A DNA stretch of 20,301 nucleotides. It comes from an uncultured archaeon. Its GTDB lineage: Archaea > Nanobdellota > Nanobdellia > Woesearchaeales > UBA583. The notes under the pieces were generated by a model that worked only from the letters and a program-made list of their open reading frames with translations, did no database searches and was not told where the DNA came from. Of the stretch, positions 13,904-20,301 are shown in pieces. The translations under genes and the position numbers were made by a program. The first letter of the stretch is position 1; each line of letters begins with the position of its first letter. The stretch lies in assembly GCA_937138345.1 (NCBI GenBank), contig CAKZOW010000036.1:1-20301 (forward strand), given 5' to 3'.

Positions 13904-14890
13904 TTAACAAGAATTCTTATTATGAAGCAACTGCATATACAAAATATAAGATATCGTTAAGATAATTACTTTAATTAATGTTGATATATCAATTAAATAA
14001 ACAACTACTAAAATTATAGTAAACAAAATCATCCTAACTAAAGGAAATGATAGAAAACATTTTGGAGTATTTGCATAATAAATAAGACCATAAGAAATAA
14101 AAAATAACAAAGGACCTACTAAAAGAAAGTGTGAAAATACATCCTTATCAATTGCAATTTTAAATCCAGTTGCTAAATAAAGTAAACTAATATAAAATAT
14201 CATATGAGTATATGAATAATAATGGCCACTACCAAAAACTTTACCGTGAATTTTCTCTTCTAGAAAAGGAAAATACTTCCTAGCAATAAACATAACAATC
14301 CCCACTCCTAAAATAAAATAAATACTATTGTTAAGAGTTATTTGAGTTGTATTGAAAATAGTACTTGTCGATAAAATCATCTCCCCTAGCATAATAATAG
14401 TTAAAAGACCTAATCTCTCAGGTAGATGAGTAGAACTCACCGGAATTGATCTTAATTTATTTCTAAAAAAAAGAGGTGCCAACAAATCAATTAATGATGC
14501 AACAATCCAAAATATCAATACGTAGTCTGTGTATCCTGAGATTATCCATAAAAGAGAAGAAAATAAAAGGACAGATGAGAGGGATGAGAATCCATTCCCG
14601 GAAGTAATTTCTGAATATCTTTTCATATAACAAAGCGATAGTACAAACCTTGAAATACCATAAATTAATCCAAAATAGTAGATAATATACTCTTCAAAAC
14701 CAAGTAAAACAGTAATAAATAGAATGGAGAAAATTTGAGTTATTGTTAATACATGATAGAGAGTATCAATTTTTGGAAATCTAGTTGTAAACATAACATG
14801 TCCCATCCAATTGAGGAGAATTGGAATAAATAACAACATAAAAAATAATGTTGAATCAAAAGAATATGTTTCTTTAAGTAAAATAGATAA
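13904..14890 (-). CDS. LtrA-family (low temperature requirement A-like) polytopic membrane protein, N-terminally truncated at the composition break
   Basis: This is the AT-rich C-terminal 328 aa of the 1002-aa ORF. ..LLFIPILLNWMGHVMFTTRFPKIDTLYHVLTITQIFSILF.. fits the LtrA pattern (..WW.W....W...RF..DD...R.L...QM..), and about 8 further TM segments follow. The expected first ~50 aa of the family (ELFFDLVFV-type helix) are missing. An internal ATG at 14839 could give a shorter product. The boundary is approximate (+/-30 nt). Confidence 0.5.
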   Translation of the reverse strand, partial: LSILLKETYSFDSTLFFMLLFIPILLNWMGHVMFTTRFPKIDTLYHVLTITQIFSILFITVLLGFEEYIIYYFGLIYGISRFVLSLCYMKRYSEITSGNGFSSLSSVLLFSSLLWIISGYTDYVLIFWIVASLIDLLAPLFFRNKLRSIPVSSTHLPERLGLLTIIMLGEMILSTSTIFNTTQITLNNSIYFILGVGIVMFIARKYFPFLEEKIHGKVFGSGHYYSYTHMIFYISLLYLATGFKIAIDKDVFSHFLLVGPLLFFISYGLIYYANTPKCFLSFPLVRMILFTIILVVVYLIDISTLIKVIILTISYILYMQLLHNKNSC

Positions 14891-16912
14891 TCCCCCAGTC
14901 TTGTGACCAAAAATCACATCAGATTTGCCGTCTCCAGTAATATCAGACCCGGCTAAGCTTACATTGCTTGTATATAAAAAGATACTATCAACCGTACCCG
15001 CACTTGTTCGACTACTTGGGTCTATATCCGTAACCATGTATAGGTACCCCGAACCTGTACCTACAAACAAATAATCTTTTCCATTTTGCTGGTCAATAGC
15101 CCCGTTGGAGTCAAGACTTATCATGAATGGGGACAAATACCCGTTACGATATTTTTCGGAGTAAACCCCGGCAAACCCATTGGTTCTTGAGGTGGTGATT
15201 GATGGGTCAAAATCAGGAGCAGATGTAGTACCTACGTTTTCATATAGCACTAGTTCAGGGGTTTGACTGCCAACAATCAAATCCAGTTTACCGTCTTTAT
15301 TCACATCGAATAATGCTGGACGGATTTCATTACCAAAAACACGATTAGAAAAAGGTGTTGTTTTAAGGCTGAAAAGGCAGGAATCGGATGGGTTAGAAGC
15401 CTGATTTTCATAATAGTAAAGTTTTCCCGACTCGGTTCCAATTAGCAAATCGATATCTCCATCATTGTCTAGGTCTCCGGCGGCAGGGCATAGGCCTGTA
15501 TCAAAAGCACTGGGAAGGAGCAAGTAGTCTCTTGTAATTAGAGTGTACGCAGGGTCGGTTTTTGTTCCGGTATTCTTGTAATAAGCAATTCTACTTTCAT
15601 AAGTTCCTATTCTTGAAAAGACTCCACGATTCCCAACAAGTAAGTCATTCAATGAATCACCATCTACATCAATTAGAAGAGGGTGTGCGTTGGTTCCCAA
15701 ATCTATCATATCCTTAAATAGGAAATCATTGCCTTGATACTGAAGTGAAGCGTTATTATTTGACCCGTTATTTTTATACAGCTGGGCGCCATTAATATTA
15801 TCGAAACCAGCTTCCGCATTTGGAGAGGCAATCAGGTCTTTTACCCCATCATTATCCACATCAACATAATAGGCTGCTGGAAATGTTTGAACGTCAACTG
15901 ATGTATTATTTCTTGGGTAGGCCGTGTCTTGACTGGTTAATCTGGCATCCGCCAAGGTTCCATTATTATAGGCCATTAGCAGGTTATTGTAGGAAATATC
16001 TCCCAAAATTAAATCAGGTAAATCGTTACCATCCATATCCTGAATTAGTATGGTTGAACCTTCGTGCCGGCTTCCTCTTCCATTAGATATTGGGTTGCTT
16101 TTGTTGAGAGGAATAGCCCCGCCTTTACAACTACCGAAATAGAGTTGGAATGAAAAAGCATCTTCAATAAAATGTCCCCAGCAAGTGGATTCTAAGTCAA
16201 ATATTAGGCTATCATTATTGCCGTTGTTTTCTTGGCTTAGGTTTTTGTAATAGGTTATTGAGTTCGCCCCGCTTCCAAAAGCTAGAATATCCATGTCACC
16301 GTCACCATCAATGTCAGTTATTCCTGGTATGTCAGTAAACCCATTATATACGTCGGTGTATATAAACCCACCTTGTGGGGGGTAATATTTGTACGTAATA
16401 AAATCTACATACTGGCCTGCCTTAAAAGGACTGTTGTATTTAATTGGTAAGAAGGAAAAATCATTTGGCGCTGGGCCAGTCGATGTATTTTTAAACACTT
16501 TAATATCTCCAAAATTGGGAACAGCTGAAAAAATATCTTTTTTCCCATCTCCATCAAAGTCACGTAATAGTGCGAAGTCGGTCATTTTTGGGAAACCAAT
16601 TTCATAGTCGAAACTGTAGTCGTAACCAATTGTGTCTTTTTTTCCCTGATTGATGAAAGTGCGGACGCATTGTCCGTCTCTATCAAAAATAAAAAGGTCA
16701 TCTATTCCGTCTCCGTTTAAATCAATGTCAGAAAATTGTGGGGTGTTCAAACCACCAACCCAAGGAAAGGCATATTCAGTACCAAATGCTTTTACAGATA
16801 CTGAGTCGTACCTACCATACGTTTTTAGGTCAACATTCTGAGCGTAAGAAGATGTTAGTAGTCCAAATAGAACGAGAGTTGTTGCGGGTAAAATAAGTTG
16901 TAGTTGTTTCAT
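14891..16912 (-). CDS. FG-GAP/VCBS repeat (integrin-alpha-like beta-propeller) secreted protein, C-terminally truncated at the composition break
   Basis: The N-terminal Sec signal is MKQLQLILPATTLVLFGLLTSSYA|QN. At least 9 Ca-binding repeat cores of the D-x-[DN]-x-D-G-x-x-D type are present: DLNGDGIDDL, DFDGDGKKDI, DIDGDGDMDI, DVDNDGVKDL, DVDGDSLNDL, DLDNDGDIDL, DVNKDGKLDL, DITGDGKSDV and others. GC is ~40% and codons contain CpG. No C-terminal sorting domain is left. Confidence 0.7.
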
Positions 16913-16916
16913 ATTC

Positions 16917-16924
16917 CAAATATA
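16917..16924 (-). promoter_or_regulatory. Bacteroidota-type -7 promoter motif TAnnTTTG (TATATTTG)
   Basis: Plus-strand CAAATATA is TATATTTG on minus, ending 4 nt before the ATG of the FG-GAP gene. That is very close and would imply a leaderless or near-leaderless mRNA. Confidence 0.3.
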
Positions 16925-17007
16925 ACGTTACGTAATAAGATTTGGTTTACCCCGTTTGCCAATCTACAATTTCAATTTTTTAATTGAACCTCACGTTCGA
17001 TAAAATA

Positions 17008-17015
17008 TACTTTTG
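17008..17015 (+). promoter_or_regulatory. Bacteroidota-type -7 promoter motif TAnnTTTG (TACTTTTG)
   Basis: Ends 9 nt upstream of the ATG at 17025. Confidence 0.4.
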
Positions 17016-17024
17016 CGTCCAGTT

Positions 17025-17756
17025 ATGAAAAAACGCCTATTACTTCCTTTGAGTACACTTTTACTGGCTTCAGTATCATTGTTTGCACAAGAAACTGAAA
17101 AACAGCCCGAAAAAAAAGAGGAGAAAAAAGTTAATAGTGATTCCAAGGTTGCTAATCGTCCAATTAAAAGGGATAATTTTTTAATTGATATTAATTACGC
17201 TGGTGTGGTTAACGCGCCTACTGGTGTCAATTTTAGTTTTGGGTATGGAAACGACATTCAAATTTTCTACGACCATCAATTTAAAGCTAAGGTGTTAAGT
17301 GGTGCTATTGGAATTGGATATTCCCATGCAAAGTATTTCAACAATGGTTACACTACGAATGTTGATACCGCAACTGGACTTGAATATGCGTCTTTTGCCC
17401 CAATAAAAGCTGATTCATCCTACAAAAGGAATTCATATACAACTAATTACTTCGATGTACCCGCTGAGTTGAGGTTCCGGTCAAAACCTAATGATAAAGG
17501 CCATAGCTGGAAGGTGTCTGTTGGTTTCAAGGCGGGCTTCAGACTAGGTTCTTACAGCACAACAAGAACAGAAGAAGGTAGATATAGCAATTTCATTCAG
17601 CCATTACTTACGCAAACTCGATACGGAATTACCACACGATTGGGTTACGGTAGAATTGGTTTAGTCGGTTATTACAGTCTTACACGATTGTTTGAGGCTG
17701 AAAAGGGACATGAGATATTGCCCTTCTCAATAGGGTTCACCATTTCACCCTTCTAG
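17025..17756 (+). CDS. Small outer-membrane beta-barrel protein (Bacteroidota OMP_b-brl/PorT-like family)
   Basis: I use the ATG at 17025 (MKKRLLLPLSTLLLASVSLFA|QE, a Sec signal) rather than the TTG at 17013. The protein has alternating aromatic/hydrophobic beta-strand patterning, is rich in G/Y/S/T, and ends in a terminal Phe (..GFTISPF) typical of OMPs. Confidence 0.6.
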   Translation: MKKRLLLPLSTLLLASVSLFAQETEKQPEKKEEKKVNSDSKVANRPIKRDNFLIDINYAGVVNAPTGVNFSFGYGNDIQIFYDHQFKAKVLSGAIGIGYSHAKYFNNGYTTNVDTATGLEYASFAPIKADSSYKRNSYTTNYFDVPAELRFRSKPNDKGHSWKVSVGFKAGFRLGSYSTTRTEEGRYSNFIQPLLTQTRYGITTRLGYGRIGLVGYYSLTRLFEAEKGHEILPFSIGFTISPF

Positions 17757-17757
17757 G

Positions 17758-18153
17758 CTAGGCTTGCACCAGTTCAGGTAAAGCCTCCTTTATTGAATCA
17801 ATAATTGAATTGTGATCCGTAGGTTTTTGGAAAAACTGGTCAAAGCCAAGGTTTTTATAATATTCTTCATCTTCTGGTAATCCAACCCCAGTAATAGCCC
17901 AAATTTCAGCGGATTCGTACATAGAATCTTTTCTTAGTTCTTCCATTACCTCGGTTCCGTCCATACTGTGATCTAATCTAATCTCTGTAAGGATTAAATC
18001 GAAATTCTTTTTATGTGCAAAGTGCAATGCCTCAACACCATTTCTGGCAACAGTCAAGTGAAATTGTTTTCCAATCATTTTTTCCATGACAAAGATGTTT
18101 ACCTCGTCACTTTCAACTAATAGTACTCTAACATTTGGGTGAATAGCAGCCAT
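17758..18153 (-). CDS. Stand-alone response-regulator receiver (CheY-like) domain with degenerate phospho-acceptor pocket
   Basis: 131 aa. Receiver hallmarks are VRVLLVESDE.., ..NFDLILTEIRLDHSMDG.., ..IWAITGV.. (Thr) and ..FFQKP.. (Lys). Glu sits where the phospho-acceptor Asp is expected, and Ser replaces the second acidic-pocket Asp. Confidence 0.7.
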   Translation of the reverse strand: MAAIHPNVRVLLVESDEVNIFVMEKMIGKQFHLTVARNGVEALHFAHKKNFDLILTEIRLDHSMDGTEVMEELRKDSMYESAEIWAITGVGLPEDEEYYKNLGFDQFFQKPTDHNSIIDSIKEALPELVQA

Positions 18154-18172
18154 AACAATAATGTATATAGCT

Positions 18173-18180
18173 CAAAACTA
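18173..18180 (-). promoter_or_regulatory. Bacteroidota-type -7 promoter motif TAnnTTTG (TAGTTTTG)
   Basis: Plus-strand CAAAACTA. The motif ends 19 nt upstream of the receiver gene ATG (18153). Confidence 0.4.
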
Positions 18181-18251
18181 GCCGAAGAACCAGTGTTTTT
18201 TATAGGTATAGGGTTACTACTTATTCACCCGCAACTGTTAATGGTTGAGGG

Positions 18252-18767
18252 CTAAATTCTACCCATTTGACCCTTAAGCATTTTGATTTGGTCGTTAAGT
18301 AACTTGGCCTTGTCGTGTTTTTTAGCTTGAGCTATATAATTCAGCGCTTCACGTTTTCTTCTTTTAGCCATTGCTATTCCTGCCAGGTTTAAGTTAGCCA
18401 TTGCAATATCATGACCCATACTAAGTCCTGTATTCAACGCTTTTTTAAAGTGCTTTTCAGACTTTGTCATTGCATTACTCTGGCTTTCAACTAATCCTTG
18501 CAAGAAATAATGATACGCACGCTGTTTTGTTGGCATTTGCTCCGGTTTCTTTACCCAGGCTAGTATTTTTCTTGCGCTATCAAATTTATTTCTGCGCACT
18601 TGCAAGAAGGCAATTAGGTTCACTTCATGCTTAAACAGTAACAAAACTACTAGACCTACTAATAAAATGAACATTATGCCATTTCCAATGTGTCCTTGGT
18701 AAAATTCGTAGGCTACAAGAGCGGTAAGCAGAGCAATTAAAACAAACTTTATTATTCGATTAAGCAT
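18252..18767 (-). CDS. Membrane protein with two N-terminal TM helices and a TPR-like helical C-terminal part; function unknown
   Basis: I prefer the ATG at 18767 (MLNRIIKFVLIALLTALVAYEF..GIMFILLVGLVVLLLF) because a TAnnTTTG motif lies 20 nt upstream. The C-terminal helices (..AYHYFLQGLVESQSN..KHFKKALN..ANLNLAGIAMAKRRKREALNYIAQAKK) look TPR-like. Confidence 0.55.
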   Translation of the reverse strand: MLNRIIKFVLIALLTALVAYEFYQGHIGNGIMFILLVGLVVLLLFKHEVNLIAFLQVRRNKFDSARKILAWVKKPEQMPTKQRAYHYFLQGLVESQSNAMTKSEKHFKKALNTGLSMGHDIAMANLNLAGIAMAKRRKREALNYIAQAKKHDKAKLLNDQIKMLKGQMGRI

Positions 18768-18787
18768 GGTACTAATTTTTAGGATTG

Positions 18788-18795
18788 CAAAAGTA
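18788..18795 (-). promoter_or_regulatory. Bacteroidota-type -7 promoter motif TAnnTTTG (TACTTTTG)
   Basis: Plus-strand CAAAAGTA. The motif ends 20 nt upstream of the ATG at 18767. Confidence 0.4.
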
Positions 18796-18828
18796 CGTGG
18801 AATGAAACGCCCACCCAACTAGAACCAT

Positions 18829-20301
18829 TTATTTATAATTTGCTAACGCTTCTGCAAATTTTCGGTCGTTAGATAACCGCGGAATTTTGTTCTGTCCACC
18901 CAATTTTCCTCTCGATTTCATAGCATTTAAAAAAGCATCAGGTTGTAATTCTCTAATAGTTAAGGGTCTTAAGACCTTGCCAGCAATTAAATCTTTGTAG
19001 TACGGGTTTTGTTCTTGAAGGGCTCTATCAATAGCACCTTCCAGTTTCGTTAGGTCTTTAGGCTTTTCTTCAAACTCGATAAACCACTCGTGGTAAGGTA
19101 GGCCAGAACCTGGGTTTATTTGTGGCGCTACATGAAACTCTTTAGTGATACAATCCTCTTCTTCAGTTCCAATTTTCATTGCCATTTCTACTTCTTCTCC
19201 GATTACATGCTCGCCAAACGCTGAAGTAAAGTGTTTAATTCTACCCGTAACTACAATTCTGTATGGGTTCTTTGATACAAACTTTACGGTATCGCCAATT
19301 ACGTAACCCCATAGACCAGCATTGGTGTTTAAAACGATAGCGTAATTCACTCCCAACTCTACTTCAGTTAGCTGCAATCGTGTCGGGTTTTCTTTGCCGT
19401 ATTCCGCAGTTGGAATAAACTCATAGAATATTCCATTATCCACAACTAGTAATAAACCGCTATGGGGCTGTTCATCCTGAAAGGCAATAAACCCTTCAGA
19501 CGCGGGGTAGGTTTCTACGGAAGGTATATTCGACCCAATGAGTTTATTAAATATTGGACGGTAAGGTTCATAGTTTACGCCTCCATAGACAAATAATGAA
19601 AAGTTTGGGAAGATGCTTTCAATGTTTGGTTTTCCCGATTTTTCAATAAGTTTTTCAAAATACATCTGAACCCAAGATGGAATTCCACTAATGAGCCTTA
19701 AATCTTCATGTTCAGTTTCCTCAACAATTTTATCCACTTTGGTCTCCCAATCTTCGATACAATTGGTTTTTAAACTTGGAAGCCTATTTTTTTGGAGGTA
19801 AGCAGGTACATGATTCGCAACAATACCGCTGAGTCTCCCTAGTTTCGCCCTCCCTTTTGTTTCTAAAGCAGGACTACCTTGCAGAAAAATCATTTTACCA
19901 TCAACAAAAGAGGCGTTGTTTGATGCAACAATATAGTGAAGCAGTGCAAGTTTTGCGGAGTTAATGTGGTTGCTTATAGACTCTTTAGAAATGGGAATAT
20001 ACTTTGCCCCAGAGGTAGTTCCTGAGGTTTTGCAGACGTAAATGGGGTATCCTGGCCACAATACATCAGACTTTCCTTCCATCATTTGGTTGATATAAGG
20101 CTGAAGCTCTTCGTATTCCCTTAAAGGAACGTTTTTCTTAAAGGTCGTATAATCGTTTATTCCATCAAACTTATGGTCATTACCAAAGATTGTTTTTTTA
20201 CCAGTGATAATTAGGCTTTCAAAAACAAGCTGTTGCGATTTGGCAGGATGCAAAACAGCCTTTTTGGACTTTCGTACCAAAAAGGCTGCATAATGTTTTG
20301 C
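18829..20301 (-). CDS. Bacterial GH3-family (auxin-responsive-promoter/JAR1-like acyl-adenylate-forming) protein, 5' end beyond the right edge
   Basis: GH3-like motifs are ..VCKTSGTTSGAKYIPIS.., ..FVYGGVNYEPY.., ..YPASEGFIAFQD.. and ..YVIGDTVKF... . The reading frame stays open upstream of the track's TTG (20280) to the window edge (..AKHYAAFLVRKSKK..), so the N-terminus is incomplete. Confidence 0.75.
   Translation of the reverse strand, partial: AKHYAAFLVRKSKKAVLHPAKSQQLVFESLIITGKKTIFGNDHKFDGINDYTTFKKNVPLREYEELQPYINQMMEGKSDVLWPGYPIYVCKTSGTTSGAKYIPISKESISNHINSAKLALLHYIVASNNASFVDGKMIFLQGSPALETKGRAKLGRLSGIVANHVPAYLQKNRLPSLKTNCIEDWETKVDKIVEETEHEDLRLISGIPSWVQMYFEKLIEKSGKPNIESIFPNFSLFVYGGVNYEPYRPIFNKLIGSNIPSVETYPASEGFIAFQDEQPHSGLLLVVDNGIFYEFIPTAEYGKENPTRLQLTEVELGVNYAIVLNTNAGLWGYVIGDTVKFVSKNPYRIVVTGRIKHFTSAFGEHVIGEEVEMAMKIGTEEEDCITKEFHVAPQINPGSGLPYHEWFIEFEEKPKDLTKLEGAIDRALQEQNPYYKDLIAGKVLRPLTIRELQPDAFLNAMKSRGKLGGQNKIPRLSNDRKFAEALANYK

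Noticed and set aside
14700-15100. A mobile element, integrase, att site or terminal inverted repeats at the composition break that could explain a real insertion.
   Set aside because: There is no transposase or integrase ORF, no tRNA gene and no obvious direct or inverted repeats around the junction. The break falls inside coding sequence on both sides.
15820-16841. Plus-strand ORFs 15820-16086, 16389-16607 and 16650-16841.
   Set aside because: All three are antisense to the FG-GAP repeat gene, whose repeat motifs validate the minus-strand frame.
13904-16912. The 1002-aa ORF read as a genuine multidomain protein (secreted FG-GAP propeller fused to a 9-10 TM LtrA-like domain).
   Set aside because: GC and CpG content change abruptly at ~14,890, exactly between the two parts. 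Both parts are truncated relative to their families. The flanking genes belong to different domains of life. I therefore treat it as two fragments joined in frame by a junction of doubtful authenticity.
17013-17024. TTG start at 17013 for the OMP gene.
   Set aside because: The TTG lies inside the TAnnTTTG promoter motif. The ATG at 17025 gives a standard MKKRLLL.. signal peptide.
18768-18818. Longer start (18818) for the TM/TPR-like protein.
   Set aside because: The extension contains the TAnnTTTG motif and has no hydrophobic or signal character. The ATG at 18767 begins directly with the first TM helix.

Overview
The window joins two very different genomic contexts at about 14.89 kb. All family calls below were made by eye from motifs, because no database search was possible.

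(1) Positions 1 to ~14,890 are very AT-rich (hand count 31/120 = 26% GC just left of the break), CpG-poor and tightly packed. This part is clearly archaeal. It holds a partial 5S rRNA at the left edge, the tRNA-splicing endonuclease EndA, and the archaeal rpl7ae-rps28e-rpl24e ribosomal-protein operon. It also holds a PUA-domain protein, two Nudix hydrolases and a chorismate-mutase-like protein. An SF1 UvrD-type helicase flanked by RecQ-style RQC-like and HRDC-like modules follows, then the C-terminal ~330 aa of an LtrA-family membrane protein. Almost every transcription unit has a TATA box centred 23-27 nt upstream of its ATG, which is a leaderless layout.

The most interesting content is a four-gene minus-strand cluster (592-6937) of secreted or surface proteins with no enzyme motif I recognise. 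Two of them are giant (697 and 1007 aa) and carry type IV prepilin-like (class III) signal peptides. They share an N-terminal module, and all four proteins have even cysteine counts. I read this as a candidate cell-surface adhesion or host-contact module of a small-genome archaeon; the DPANN-like assignment is inference only.

(2) Positions ~14,891 to 20,301 (hand count 48/120 = 40% GC, CpG present) look Bacteroidota-like. They encode an FG-GAP/VCBS repeat protein with a Sec signal, a small outer-membrane beta-barrel protein, and a stand-alone receiver domain with a degenerate phospho-acceptor pocket. A TM/TPR-like protein and a bacterial GH3-family adenylating enzyme that runs off the right edge complete the set. 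Each start codon visible here is preceded by a TAnnTTTG -7 promoter motif.

The two halves meet inside a single 1002-aa ORF. It fuses a C-terminally truncated FG-GAP protein in frame to an N-terminally truncated LtrA-like protein. The most likely explanation is an assembly or binning chimera; a very recent inter-domain insertion is less likely. Read-level validation is needed. No CRISPR array, tRNA, transposase or integrase was recognised.
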